Assembly: GCF_054482595.1 (NCBI RefSeq)
Contig: NZ_CM137008.1
Direction: 5' to 3' (one strand)
DNA: 64,000 nucleotides
The translations under genes and the position numbers were made by a program. The notes beneath the pieces were generated by a model. It saw nothing but the letters and a program-made list of their open reading frames with translations, did no database searches and was not told where the DNA came from. Positions 27,780 through 39,468 of this stretch are shown one piece after another; positions within the stretch are counted from its first letter, which is position 1; the number at the start of each line of letters is the position of its first letter.

Positions 27780-28379
27780 ATGAAGCCAGGGTGTACGCTG
27801 TTTTTTCTCTTATGTTCTGCATTAACCGTTACAACAACGGCGCATGCACAAACACCAGATACGGCAACGACCGCGCCTTATCTGCTGGCTGGAGCCCCTA
27901 CTTTCGATCTCTCCATCAGCCAGTTTCGAGAAGACTTTAACAGCCAGAATCCTAGCCTGCCACTGAACGAATTTCGTGCCATCGACAGCAGTCCCGACAA
28001 AGCCAATCTCACTCGTGCTGCAAGTAAAATTAACGAGAACTTGTATGCTTCTACAGCGCTGGAGCGCGGTACCTTAAAAATCAAAAGCATTCAAATGACC
28101 TGGCTACCCATCCAGGGGCCAGAGCAAAAAGCAGCGAAAGCGAAAGCTCAGGAATACATGGCAGCAGTGATCCGCACACTCACCCCATTAATGACCAAAA
28201 CACAAAGCCAGAAAAAACTGCAGTCGCTACTAACGGCGGGGAAAAACAAACGTTATTACACCGAGACAGAAGGTGCACTGCGTTATGTTGTCGCGGACAA
28301 CGGCGAAAAGGGGCTGACCTTCGCTGTTGAACCGATTAAGCTGGCGCTATCTGAATCGCTTGAAGGTTTGAATAAATGA
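27780..28379 (+). CDS. yiiQ: YiiQ periplasmic protein (DUF1454) with signal peptide
   Basis: 199-aa ORF MKPGCTLFFLLCSALTVTTTAHAQTPDTATTAPYLLAGAPTFDLSIS... recognised as YiiQ. Confidence 0.85.
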   Translation: MKPGCTLFFLLCSALTVTTTAHAQTPDTATTAPYLLAGAPTFDLSISQFREDFNSQNPSLPLNEFRAIDSSPDKANLTRAASKINENLYASTALERGTLKIKSIQMTWLPIQGPEQKAAKAKAQEYMAAVIRTLTPLMTKTQSQKKLQSLLTAGKNKRYYTETEGALRYVVADNGEKGLTFAVEPIKLALSESLEGLNK

Positions 28380-28486
28380 CAAAAAGCAAAGCCTTTGTGC
28401 CGATGAATCTCTATACTGTTTCACAGACCTGCTGCCCTGCGGGGCGGCCATCTTCCTTTATTCGCTTATAAGCGTGGAGAATTAAA

Positions 28487-29254
28487 ATGCGACATCCTTT
28501 AGTGATGGGTAACTGGAAACTGAACGGCAGCCGCCACATGGTTCACGAGCTGGTTTCTAACCTGCGTAAAGAGCTGGCAGGTGTTGCTGGCTGTGCGGTT
28601 GCAATCGCACCACCGGAAATGTACATCGATATGGCGAAGCGCGAAGCTGAAGGCAGCCACATCATGCTGGGTGCGCAAAACGTGGACCTGAACCTGTCCG
28701 GCGCATTCACCGGTGAAACTTCTGCCGCTATGCTGAAAGACATCGGCGCTCAGTACATCATCATCGGCCACTCTGAACGTCGTACTTACCACAAAGAGTC
28801 TGACGAACTGATTGCGAAAAAATTCGCGGTGCTGAAAGAGCAGGGTCTGACTCCGGTTCTGTGCATCGGTGAAACCGAAGCTGAAAACGAAGCGGGAAAA
28901 ACTGAAGAAGTTTGCGCACGTCAGATCGACGCGGTACTGAAAACTCAGGGTGCTGCGGCATTCGAAGGTGCGGTTATCGCTTACGAACCTGTATGGGCAA
29001 TCGGTACTGGCAAATCTGCAACTCCGGCTCAGGCACAGGCTGTTCACAAATTCATCCGTGACCACATCGCTAAAGTTGACGCTAACATCGCTGAACAAGT
29101 GATCATTCAGTACGGCGGCTCTGTAAACGCGTCTAACGCTGCAGAACTGTTTGCTCAGCCAGACATCGACGGCGCGCTGGTTGGCGGTGCGTCTCTGAAA
29201 GCTGACGCTTTCGCAGTAATCGTTAAAGCTGCAGAAGCGGCTAAACAGGCTTAA
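28487..29254 (+). CDS. tpiA: Triosephosphate isomerase
   Basis: 255-aa [51 protein letters not shown]...IIGHSERR... recognised as TpiA. Confidence 0.95.
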
Positions 29255-29308
29255 GTCTGACAGGTGCCGGATTTCATATCCGGCACTTACTTTCCTTAAC
29301 TCCTCGCC

Positions 29309-30064
29309 TTAACGCAAAATCTCACACTGATGATCCTGGATTTCCTCGGCTGAAGCACGGTTCAGCGTCAGTAGATTTCGTTGTGTCGCCAGCAACACAA
29401 ACGAATTATCACTCTGCCGTACCATCGCCAGCCCGTAGCTTCCCATATGTTCCCGCGCCTCAGGTACTTCTTCTGCCAGCATCATAAATGGGCTGCGTTG
29501 TACCAGTTCGCTTTCCGTTACCCGACGCGCCAGGTATTCATGCCCGCGCAAACCACCTGGCAGTGGCAACCAGCGGCTGCTGATGTTCGCCAGATTGTTA
29601 TCCAGCTGTTCGCGCACATCAGGACGAATACAAGAGATATGAATATGAAAATGGTTTTGCGTACGTCCGGTGCGGGAGTTGATCGCCAAAGAAACCGCGC
29701 GATCGGGAACCGGCTGGCCGTATTTTTTGCTCATAAAATCACGCGCCTGCCAGGCCAACCAAAAGAAGTTCGGCGTTGAAGGATCGGTCAACAAAGGACT
29801 TTCAGTACCGTTAATACGATACGTTGGCATCAACAGATATTGCAGTGAGCCATTAAGATCTTTTAAAACCACGTATCCGGCATTGGGTTTGACTTCCGCA
29901 CATGGCGAAGGATTTTGATTTTGCTGCTGATTGGGCAAACATTCCTCAAGGACAATCTTACGTAATGTATCCGACTCTTCACCGGTTAATTTCCAGTAAC
30001 CAATACCGGCAGCCACAACGGCGATAACTATCATCACCAAAAAAAGAAGACCCGCTTTTTTCAT
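29309..30064 (-). CDS. cdh: CDP-diacylglycerol pyrophosphatase
   Basis: Recognised Cdh begins [47 protein letters not shown]... (251 aa from ATG at 30064); ORF-track start 30256 is an upstream extension. Confidence 0.9.
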   Translation of the reverse strand: MKKAGLLFLVMIVIAVVAAGIGYWKLTGEESDTLRKIVLEECLPNQQQNQNPSPCAEVKPNAGYVVLKDLNGSLQYLLMPTYRINGTESPLLTDPSTPNFFWLAWQARDFMSKKYGQPVPDRAVSLAINSRTGRTQNHFHIHISCIRPDVREQLDNNLANISSRWLPLPGGLRGHEYLARRVTESELVQRSPFMMLAEEVPEAREHMGSYGLAMVRQSDNSFVLLATQRNLLTLNRASAEEIQDHQCEILR

Positions 30065-30170
30065 CTTTTTTTCCCTGTACCTCAAAGAGATGCAAGGGTA
30101 ACGCAAAATCGTGACAAATAAAAAACCCGGTCGCGAGAAACCACCGGGTTTGATAATTATCCTGGGGAAA

Positions 30171-31160
30171 TCAGCGTTTGCTGATCTGATCGAACGTACC
30201 GCCGTTAGCAAAATGCTCTTTTTGCGCTTTCGTCCAGCCGCCGAACTCTTCATCAATGGTGAATAACTTCAGCTTTGGAAACGCATTTTCGTACTTTTTC
30301 GCTACCTCAGCGTCGCGCGGACGGTAGTAGTTTTTCGCGGCAATTTCCTGACCTTCTGGCGAGTAGAGATATTTCAGGTAGGCTTCCGCCACCTCTTTGG
30401 TGCCTTTTTTCTCGACCACTTTATCGACCACCGACACGGTTGGCTCTGCGAGGATAGACTCACTCGGCGTGACGATTTCGAATTTATCTTTCCCCAGTTC
30501 ATTCGCTGCCAGCAGAGCTTCGTTTTCCCAAGCGATCAGTACATCGCCAATCCCGCGCTCGACAAAGGTGTTAGTGGAGCCGCGCGCGCCAGAATCCAGA
30601 ACTTCGACGTTTTTATACAGTGCCCGAACAAAATCCTGTGCTTTTGCCTGATCGTTGTTGTTGTGATGCAGCGCGTAGCCCCAGGCAGCCAGGTAGTTCC
30701 AGCGTGCGCCACCAGAGCTTTTCGGATTAGGCGTGATCACCGAAACACCCGGTTTAATCAGATCGTTCCAGTCATGGATCTGCTTCGGATTGCCCTTACG
30801 CACCAGGAAAACAATGGTGGAAGTGTACGGTGCGGAGTTATCCGGCAGACGTTTGATCCACTCTTTATCAATCCGCCCGCGTTCCGCAATTGCGTCCACG
30901 TCATAGGCCAGAGCCAGAGTGACAACATCAGCTTCAATACCATTGATTACCGACGTCGCTTGTTTGCCTGAACCACCGTGTGACTGACGAATCACCACGT
31001 TATCGCCAGTTTGCTGTTTCCAGTGGGCGCTGAATGCCTTGTTGTACTGTTCGTACAATTCGCGCGTTGGATCATATGAAACGTTAAGAAGCTGAATATC
31101 CTTTGCCATAACGCTGGTTGCCGCCAGCAAAAATGTTAACCCTACGCCCCACTTGTTCAT
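30171..31160 (-). CDS. sbp: Sulfate-binding periplasmic protein
   Basis: 329-aa [57 protein letters not shown]... recognised as Sbp. Confidence 0.95.
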
Positions 31161-31329
31161 CGCCCGACTCTCTTATGTTGTGTTGTGATGAGCAAAGCGT
31201 GCCAGAAGGTTAACCAAACATTAAAGAATAAAAAAAGATTGGCTATAACTTGCGGGTATATGTTGGGGGATTAAAAAGGCGGAAGAAATCCGCCTCATAT
31301 TGCTGACAAAGTGCGCTTTGTCCATGCCA

Positions 31330-31425
31330 TATGCGGCGCGAACGCCTTATCCGGCCTACAAAAGTTTGCAAATTCAATAAATTGCAGAATTCATGTAGGC
31401 CTGATAAGCGAAGCGCATCAGGCAT
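31330..31425. repeat. REP/BIME element between sbp and pfkA
   Basis: tgcggcgcgaacgccttatccggcctaca ... tgtaggcctgataagcgaagcgcatcaggca: inverted REP pair. Confidence 0.85.
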
Positions 31426-31479
31426 TTTTGCTTCTGTCATCGGTTTCAGGCTAAAGGAATCTGCCTTTTTCCGAAATCA

Positions 31480-32442
31480 TTAATACAGTTTTTTCGCGCA
31501 GTCCAGCCAGTCACCTTTGAACGGACGCTTCATGTTTTCGATAGCGTCGATGATATCGTGGTGAACCAGCTGTTCGTTCTGGATACCTACACAACGACCG
31601 CCGTAACCTGCCAGCAGCAGATCGATAGCGTAAGCGCCCATACGGGAAGCCAGAATACGGTCGTAAGGCACCGGAGAACCACCGCGCTGGATGTGGCCCA
31701 GCACAGTTGCGCGGGTTTCACGACCGGTTTCTTTCTCGATGAAATGCGCCAGTTCGTCAACATCACACATATGTTCGGTAATCGCCACGATCGCGTGTTT
31801 TTTACCTTTCGCGATACCCGCTTTGATTTCGTTTACCAGGTCTTCACGGCTGAATTCAACTTCCGGAACTACAACGAATTCACAGCCACCGGCAATGGCC
31901 GCAGCCAGGGTCAGATCGCCACAATAACGACCCATCACTTCCACCACGGAAATACGCTGGTGAGAAGAAGAGGTGTCACGCAGACGGTCGATCGCTTCTA
32001 CAACGGTGCTCAGCGCAGTGAAGAAACCGATAGTGTAGTCAGTGCCTTTGATGTCGTTGTCGATAGTGCCCGGCAGACCGATGCACGGGAAGCCCATTTC
32101 GGTCAGACGCATTGCACCCATGTAGGAACCGTCACCGCCGATAACCACCAGCGCGTCGATACCACGTTTTTTCAGGTTTTCGATAGCCACGGCGCGGATG
32201 TTCTCGTCGCGGAATTCCGGGAAGCGCGCAGAACCGAGGAACGTACCGCCACGGTTGATCATGTCAGAAACGCTGTAACGGTCTAGCTGTACCATACGGT
32301 CTTCATACAGACCCAGATAGCCGTCATAAATGCCCATTACTTCCAGACCTTCTGTCAGCGCAGAACGAACAACCCCGCGAATTGCGGCGTTCATGCCTGG
32401 CGCATCACCGCCGCTTGTCAACACACCGATTTTCTTAATCAT
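31480..32442 (-). CDS. pfkA: 6-phosphofructokinase I
   Basis: Recognised PfkA begins [47 protein letters not shown]... (320 aa from ATG at 32442); ORF-track start 32538 is an upstream extension. Confidence 0.95.
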
Positions 32443-32622
32443 GACTACCTCTGAACTTTGGAATGCAAAATAAAATCTGTTGCCGGAAGTCTTCTTGCAC
32501 ATCGAAGTGATCCAACGAATGTGCAAATAGTATAACAATCACTTCCTGCTGAATTGATTCAGGTCAGGCCAAATGGCGGTATTTTATACACAAAATGCGG
32601 GTCTGGCTCTCTTTTATACTGA

Positions 32623-33525
32623 TTATGAAAGCATAGACCGTTTACCCTCCCTGGGTACGACGGAACAGGGGTCCTGATGGATAATTACATCCGATCCCGG
32701 AAAACGCCGTAAAATAGCCTGCTCTACCTGATCCGCCACCATATGTGCCTGAACCAAAGGCAGAGAGTCTTCCATTTCCAAATGAATCTGAATAAAGCGG
32801 GTCGGCCCTGACTGCCGCGTGCGAAGATCGTGAGCGCCGCTAACACCCGGCCAGGAAGTCACGATATCAATAATTTCTTGCCGTTCCTCATCAGGCAATG
32901 CGCGATCCAGTAATGACTGTACCGCCTCATATCCCATGCGTAACGCGCTATATAAAATATAGATGCCGATTCCCAATGCAAACAGAGCATCGGCGCGATG
33001 CCAGCCGTACCAGGACAACCCCAGCGCCAGCAGAATTGCGCCGTTCATCATAACATCAGACTGGTAATGTAGCATATCAGCCCGCACCGCCTGGCTTTGC
33101 GTCCGGCGCACCACCCAACGCTGAAACGAGACAAGGATAATCGTACAAATTAGCGCCACAATTGTCACGATAACCCCGACGCCTGGATCTGTCATCGGTG
33201 TTGGAGATATCAGATGTTGAATACCCGTCAAAAACAGGAATAGTGCCGAACCGGAGATAAACATACTTTGCGCCAGCGCCGCGAGGGACTCTGCTTTACC
33301 GTGACCAAACGAGTGATTATCGTCGGCAGGTTGCAGGGAATATCGCACCACCAGTAAATTCGTCAACGACGCGCCGATATCCACCAGCGAATCCACCAGC
33401 GCGGCGAGAATACTCACCGACCCGGTATACCACCATGCAAAAATTTTAATCAGCAATAGCAACGAAGCCATCGCCGTCGCAGCAATCGCCGCCCGACTGA
33501 CCAGCCGTCCATAAGATTGATTCAT
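32623..33525 (-). CDS. fieF: Cation diffusion facilitator (Fe/Zn efflux)
   Basis: Recognised FieF begins [49 protein letters not shown]... (300 aa from ATG at 33525). Confidence 0.9.
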
Positions 33526-33607
33526 AAATACTCCCGCTATCAACTGACGCTAGTATAACGGAAGCAAATCATCTGCAATGCATTAAGCAGCAGGCAAATT
33601 GAGGATA

Positions 33608-33668
33608 AAAAAAACCCCCACATCATGTGGGGGAAGACAGGGATGGTGTCTATGGCAAGGAAAACAGG
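33608..33668 (-). ncRNA. cpxQ: Probable CpxQ sRNA processed from the cpxP 3' UTR; 5' end approximate
   Basis: Minus-strand 3' UTR of cpxP ends in CCCCCACATGATGTGGGGG followed by a U-run, matching the reported CpxQ terminator; extent inferred. Confidence 0.5.
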
Positions 33669-33673
33669 GTTTA

Positions 33674-34174
33674 CTACTGGGAACGTGAGTTGCTACTACT
33701 CAATAGCTTCAACGATGAACTTTTTTGCCATTGCGTCACGTCACGCAACTGCTCCATTCGTTGTTGATGTTTCTCGTTTAAAACCGCTTGCTGCTCCGGC
33801 GTTAACAGGCGATACATTTGGTTGCGGACTTTTGCCATCTCAACCTGACGAGCAATTTGCTCATTCGCCATTTTTTCTGCCTGTGCGCGCACAGCGTTTT
33901 CATCAAAATTTTCTGCGGTGACAAGGCGATGCATTGTCTCCAGTTCGCTAACATTAACAGGAGGCTGTTCGTGCCGGGCCTGTTGCATAAGATCTCGCAT
34001 CTGCTGACGCTGATGTTCGGTTAAACTTATGCCGTCGAACATATGGCTCTGCGTACTGCGCTGCGTAAGTTCTTCACCCGGATGCCAGTTATCGCCTGAA
34101 CCGACTTCAGCAGCGTGGCTTAATGAACTGACTGCCAGCGTTGAGGCCATGACGGCAGCGGTAACTATGCGCAT
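33674..34174 (-). CDS. cpxP: Periplasmic stress adaptor CpxP
   Basis: [63 protein letters not shown]... recognised as CpxP (166 aa). Confidence 0.9.
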
Positions 34175-34253
34175 CATTTGCTCCCAAAATCTTTCTGTCG
34201 CGATTCAACGATAGAGAGTTTACGATTCAGGCTGCAAACATGCGTCAGGGGGT

Positions 34254-34268
34254 GTAAAACAACGTAAA
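34254..34268. promoter_or_regulatory. CpxR box (GTAAA-N5-GTAAA) in the cpxP/cpxRA divergent region
   Basis: gtaaaacaacgtaaa: exact tandem GTAAA pentamers with 5-bp spacer between cpxP and cpxR. Confidence 0.8.
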
Positions 34269-34323
34269 GTCATGGATTAGCGACGTCTGATGACGTAATT
34301 TCTGCCTCGGAGGTATTTAAACA

Positions 34324-35022
34324 ATGAATAAAATCCTGTTAGTTGATGATGACCGAGAGCTGACTTCCCTATTAAAGGAGCTGCTCGAGATGGAAGGCTT
34401 CAACGTGATTGTTGCCCACGATGGGGAACAGGCGCTTGATCTTCTGGACGACAGCATTGATTTACTTTTGCTTGACGTAATGATGCCGAAGAAAAATGGT
34501 ATCGACACATTAAAAGCACTTCGCCAGACACACCAGACGCCTGTCATTATGTTGACGGCGCGCGGCAGTGAACTTGATCGCGTTCTCGGCCTTGAGCTGG
34601 GCGCAGATGACTATCTCCCGAAACCGTTTAATGATCGTGAGCTGGTGGCACGTATTCGCGCGATCCTGCGCCGTTCGCACTGGAGCGAGCAACAGCAAAA
34701 CAACGACAACGGTTCACCGACACTGGAAGTTGATGCCTTAGTGCTGAATCCAGGCCGTCAGGAAGCCAGCTTCGACGGACAAACGCTGGAGTTAACCGGC
34801 ACTGAGTTTACCCTGCTCTATTTGCTGGCACAGCATCTGGGTCAGGTGGTTTCCCGTGAACATTTAAGCCAGGAAGTGCTGGGCAAACGCCTGACGCCTT
34901 TCGACCGCGCTATCGATATGCACATTTCCAACCTGCGTCGTAAACTGCCGGATCGTAAAGATGGTCACCCGTGGTTTAAAACCTTGCGTGGTCGCGGCTA
35001 TCTGATGGTTTCTGCTTCATGA
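34324..35022 (+). CDS. cpxR: Envelope-stress response regulator CpxR (OmpR family)
   Basis: 232-aa ORF MNKILLVDDDRELTSLLKELLEMEGFNVIVAHDGEQALDLL...; receiver plus winged-helix domains. Confidence 0.95.
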   Translation: MNKILLVDDDRELTSLLKELLEMEGFNVIVAHDGEQALDLLDDSIDLLLLDVMMPKKNGIDTLKALRQTHQTPVIMLTARGSELDRVLGLELGADDYLPKPFNDRELVARIRAILRRSHWSEQQQNNDNGSPTLEVDALVLNPGRQEASFDGQTLELTGTEFTLLYLLAQHLGQVVSREHLSQEVLGKRLTPFDRAIDMHISNLRRKLPDRKDGHPWFKTLRGRGYLMVSAS

Positions 35023-36392
35023 TAGGCAGCTTAACCGCGCGCATCTTCGCCATCTTCTGGCTGACGCTGGCGCTGGTGTTGATGTTGGTTTTGATGTTAC
35101 CCAAGCTCGATTCACGCCAGATGACCGAGCTTCTGGATAGCGAACAGCGTCAGGGGCTGATGATTGAGCAGCATGTCGAAGCGGAGCTGGCGAACGATCC
35201 GCCCAACGATTTAATGTGGTGGCGGCGTCTGTTCCGGGCGATTGATAAGTGGGCACCGCCAGGACAGCGTTTGTTATTGGTGACCACCGAAGGCCGCGTG
35301 ATCGGCGCTGAACGCAGCGAAATGCAGATCATTCGTAACTTTATTGGTCAGGCCGATAACGCCGATCATCCGCAGAAGAAAAAGTATGGCCGCGTGGAAC
35401 TGGTCGGTCCGTTCTCCGTACGTGATGGCGAAGATAATTACCAACTTTATCTGATTCGTCCGGCCAGCAGTTCTCAATCCGATTTCATTAACTTACTGTT
35501 TGACCGCCCGTTATTACTGCTGATTGTCACCATGTTGGTCAGTACGCCGCTGCTGTTGTGGTTGGCCTGGAGTCTGGCAAAACCGGCGCGTAAGCTGAAA
35601 AACGCTGCCGATGAAGTTGCCCAGGGAAACTTACGCCAGCACCCGGAACTGGAAGCGGGGCCACAGGAATTCCTTGCCGCAGGTGCCAGTTTTAACCAGA
35701 TGGTCACCGCGCTGGAGCGCATGATGACCTCTCAGCAGCGTCTGCTTTCTGATATCTCTCACGAGCTGCGCACCCCGCTGACGCGTCTGCAACTGGGTAC
35801 GGCGTTACTGCGCCGTCGTAGTGGTGAGAGCAAGGAACTGGAGCGTATTGAAACCGAAGCGCAACGTCTGGACAGCATGATTAACGACCTGTTGGTGATG
35901 TCACGTAATCAGCAAAAAAACGCGCTGGTTAGCGAGACCATCAAAGCCAATCAGTTGTGGAGTGAAGTGCTGGATAACGCGGCGTTCGAAGCCGAGCAAA
36001 TGGGCAAGTCGTTGACAGTTAACTTCCCGCCTGGGCCGTGGCCGCTGTACGGCAATCCGAACGCCCTGGAAAGTGCGCTGGAAAACATTGTTCGTAATGC
36101 TCTGCGTTATTCCCATACGAAGATTGAAGTGGGCTTTGCGGTAGATAAAGACGGTATCACCATTACGGTGGACGACGATGGTCCTGGCGTTAGCCCGGAA
36201 GATCGCGAACAGATTTTCCGTCCGTTCTATCGGACCGATGAAGCACGCGATCGTGAATCTGGCGGTACAGGTTTGGGGCTGGCGATTGTTGAAACCGCCA
36301 TTCAGCAGCATCGTGGCTGGGTGAAAGCAGAAGACAGCCCGCTGGGCGGTTTACGGCTGGTGATTTGGTTGCCGCTGTATAAGCGGAGTTAA
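35019..36392 (+). CDS. cpxA: Envelope-stress sensor histidine kinase CpxA
   Basis: 457-aa ORF; H-box LSDISHELRTPLTRL; overlaps cpxR stop by 4 bp. Confidence 0.95.
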   Translation: MIGSLTARIFAIFWLTLALVLMLVLMLPKLDSRQMTELLDSEQRQGLMIEQHVEAELANDPPNDLMWWRRLFRAIDKWAPPGQRLLLVTTEGRVIGAERSEMQIIRNFIGQADNADHPQKKKYGRVELVGPFSVRDGEDNYQLYLIRPASSSQSDFINLLFDRPLLLLIVTMLVSTPLLLWLAWSLAKPARKLKNAADEVAQGNLRQHPELEAGPQEFLAAGASFNQMVTALERMMTSQQRLLSDISHELRTPLTRLQLGTALLRRRSGESKELERIETEAQRLDSMINDLLVMSRNQQKNALVSETIKANQLWSEVLDNAAFEAEQMGKSLTVNFPPGPWPLYGNPNALESALENIVRNALRYSHTKIEVGFAVDKDGITITVDDDGPGVSPEDREQIFRPFYRTDEARDRESGGTGLGLAIVETAIQQHRGWVKAEDSPLGGLRLVIWLPLYKRS

Positions 36393-36490
36393 ACTCCGCA
36401 TTTGTAGGCAGGATAAGGCGTTTACGCCGCATCCGGCATTTGAGCAGGATGCCTGATGCGACGCTGATAGCGTCTTATCAGGCCTACACT
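36393..36490. repeat. REP/BIME element downstream of cpxA
   Basis: tgtaggcaggataaggcgtttacgccgcatccggca ... gcctgatgcgacgctgatagcgtcttatcaggcctac. Confidence 0.85.
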
Positions 36491-36497
36491 CCGAGGG

Positions 36498-37172
36498 TTA
36501 TTTTCCCCACAACCGGCGGGAAAAATCTTCGATCTTGCCGCTCAGTCGGCGCTTTTGCATCGTCCGCGTCCAGCTTTTCGATAACCCGGCGGCGGAGAGT
36601 AAACGGTGATACTGATCGTCATCAAACGGCATATGCCATGCGATGGCGGCAGCCTCCTGCACGGTCACATCGCTGACACGGGAAACCAACTCCAGCGGTG
36701 CGTCCGCAGACACTTTCCCTGGCGCTATCACGCTATACAACCATCCCACTTTACCCGTGTTTTGCATCAACTGCGCTATATCGCTGATATCAAAATGGTA
36801 ATTGAGTTTATAGCAAGGCGAGCGCGGCTGGCTGACCTGAATTAATGCCTCTCCCCAGCGGAAAATATCGCCCATATAAACATTACTTTCCGTCAGACCG
36901 TCGGTTGAGAGATTTTCACCAAACGCAGGCGCAACAAACAACTCCGCCTGTTCCGGAAATTCCCGCGCCCAGTAGAGATAGTGCTCACGAGGATAATGAC
37001 ACAGCGCTCTGTCTGGCCCGCCGTGAACCTTTTTCTCCGCCTGCTCGTCACCTTCCAGCCCCAGCTCCGTCAGCATCAACTCACCATCAACCTGGATTTT
37101 GGCAATTGCGCTGGGTTTGCCTTCGGGATAAGCCTGAATCTTGCCTGTGTATACATCAACCGGATATCGCAT
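36498..37172 (-). CDS. yiiM: MOSC-domain protein YiiM
   Basis: Recognised YiiM begins MRYPVDVYTGKIQAYPEGKPSAIAKIQVDGELMLTELGLEGDEQAEKKVHGG... (224 aa from ATG at 37172). Confidence 0.85.
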   Translation of the reverse strand: MRYPVDVYTGKIQAYPEGKPSAIAKIQVDGELMLTELGLEGDEQAEKKVHGGPDRALCHYPREHYLYWAREFPEQAELFVAPAFGENLSTDGLTESNVYMGDIFRWGEALIQVSQPRSPCYKLNYHFDISDIAQLMQNTGKVGWLYSVIAPGKVSADAPLELVSRVSDVTVQEAAAIAWHMPFDDDQYHRLLSAAGLSKSWTRTMQKRRLSGKIEDFSRRLWGK

Positions 37173-37320
37173 CTGTTCCCTCTCCACGAGAAATTTCCCC
37201 ATTAGACCATATTTATTTTATGTCAGGCGTGCTGTTTTCGCGGTAAGTATCCAGGCAGGAACTCAATAGCAAACCGGACGAACGTTAGTTCATCCGGCGG
37301 TGGGGATTAAGGAAGCAGGT

Positions 37321-38304
37321 TTATTTCACCGTACCTAAAATTTCGATTTTCGCCGCTCTGGCTTTGACTTTACGTGACCAGATAGAGGTAAGAATTGGCA
37401 CCAGAATCGAAGTCACAATGACTGCCGTCGCTACCAGCGAAGTTGCTGCCGGAGCCATCGGTTTAAACGCAGGCACCATTTCTGCAATCAGCACAGGTGT
37501 CGCTACCGCGGCCCCTGCGGAACTGGAAGCGGCAATTCCGGCAGTGCCATCGCCACCGCCAATCAATTTATCGGCGATAATCAACGGAATACCGGTCACG
37601 ATAATTACTGCCACACCCAACAGGATCCCCAGCAAACCTGTCTGGGCAATTACAGTCAAATCAATGGTATTGCCCAGTGCGAAGGCAAAGAATGGAATCA
37701 GCGTCTGCACCGCTTTGCTGAAAAATTCTCGTAATTCAGGGTCAAGGTTCCCCAGGGCAAAGCCCACCAGGAACGGTAATACTGCGCCGACGAAAACATG
37801 CGGTTCAAACGAGGCAATCCCGGCAGTGCCCAGAATAATCATCGTCATGAGCGGCCCGGACTCCAACGACATCAACACAAATGCCCCAGCTTCTTCTTTT
37901 GTGCCGTACTGCTGCATGATGGAAGCGTAAAGTCCGCCGTTGGTCATATCCATCGCCGCCACCAGCGCCAGCGTTGAAAGTCCGGCAAAGAATCCAACTT
38001 CAACACCATGTTCCGGAATAATGCGCGAGGCAATTGCCGCAACCACCCACGCGACGGCAATTTTAGTTACCACCAGCGTACCGGATTTACGCAGTACCGT
38101 TCCCGTCGCGCTTAATTTTATTGACGCCCCCATGCAAAAAAACCACACCGCCAGAATGGGCACCGTACCGGTAATCATCCCGTTGGTGAATGATCCAAAA
38201 TATTTCCCCGCCCCCGGCGAGAAGGTGTGGCACAGTGCGCCAAGGAATAGCGGGACGAGCATCATCCCCCCCGGGATTTTCTCAATCGAGCGTTTTATCT
38301 GCAT
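37321..38304 (-). CDS. kdgT: 2-keto-3-deoxygluconate permease
   Basis: Recognised KdgT begins [46 protein letters not shown]... (327 aa); polytopic membrane protein. Confidence 0.9.
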
Positions 38305-38563
38305 TTCCATCACCTGTCGGCATATTTTTAAGGGCTGATGCGTAATTCCTCAATGGAGCATCAGTGTTGATGGAAACGAAGATAGACATTCATTTAATCA
38401 ATAAAAGTGATCAAAACCACATCAATTGAAACGCTGTTTTATTTTTATCGGATCATTGTTTTTATTTTGAAATTGATCACAAAAAAACCACCGCCATTGG
38501 CGATGGTTCATTTTTTAAGCTGATATGCGGCGTAAACGCCTCATTGCAGCAGACGGCAAATGA

Positions 38564-39184
38564 TTATTTTTTCGCCGCGAAACGTGCCGCTGCTTCGTCC
38601 CAGTTCACCACGTTCCAGAACTCTTTGATGTAGTCCGGACGGCGGTTCTGGAATTTCAGGTAGTAAGCATGTTCCCACACATCCAGGCCCAGAATCGGGA
38701 AGCCGGAAGCGCCAGAAATAGCTTCACCCATCAGCGGGGAGTCCTGGTTAGCAGTAGAAACCACCGCCAGTTTATCGCCTTTCAGCACCAGCCATGCCCA
38801 GCCGGAACCAAAGCGGGAAGCTGCCGCTTTTTCAAATTCTGCTTTGAAGTTATCAACGGAGCCGAAGTCACGTTCGATAGCCGCTTTCAGGTCACCCTGC
38901 AGGGTGGTGCCTTTTTTCAGACCTTTCCAGAACAGGCTGTGGTTAGCGTGACCGCCAGCGTTGTTGCGCAGTACGGTTTTCTTGTCTGCTGGCAGCTGGT
39001 CCAGTTTGGTGATCAGCTCTTCAACCGGCAGGTTGGCAAATTCTGGCAGGCTTTCCAGCGCCGCGTTGGCGTTGTTTACGTAGGTCTGATGGTGTTTGGT
39101 GTGGTGGATTTCCATGGTCTGCTTATCGAAGTGCGGTTCCAGGGCATCGTAAGCATACGGCAGGGATGGCAGGGTATAGCTCAT
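38564..39184 (-). CDS. sodA: Manganese superoxide dismutase
   Basis: Recognised SodA begins [44 protein letters not shown]... (206 aa). Confidence 0.95.
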   Translation of the reverse strand: MSYTLPSLPYAYDALEPHFDKQTMEIHHTKHHQTYVNNANAALESLPEFANLPVEELITKLDQLPADKKTVLRNNAGGHANHSLFWKGLKKGTTLQGDLKAAIERDFGSVDNFKAEFEKAAASRFGSGWAWLVLKGDKLAVVSTANQDSPLMGEAISGASGFPILGLDVWEHAYYLKFQNRRPDYIKEFWNVVNWDEAAARFAAKK

Positions 39185-39468
39185 ATTCATCTCCAGTATT
39201 GTCGGGCGGCCGATTGTTAATGCCGCGTAAGCAGTTGGTTCATTATAGTTAATTAAATGATATTGAAAATGATTATCAATGCCGTACTTTTCGTAAGGGT
39301 ATGGTTTTGCAGGAAAATGCCCGAGATGTGAAGCAAATCACCCACTTAATGCCGTGATTGCCAGTAAATCGACAACGGCGGCAACAGGCGAAAGGTTAAT
39401 CGACAGCACGATTTTTACACTCATCTCGTCGGAGATGTGAAGCGACGAAAAATGATGAGGATAAGAAG

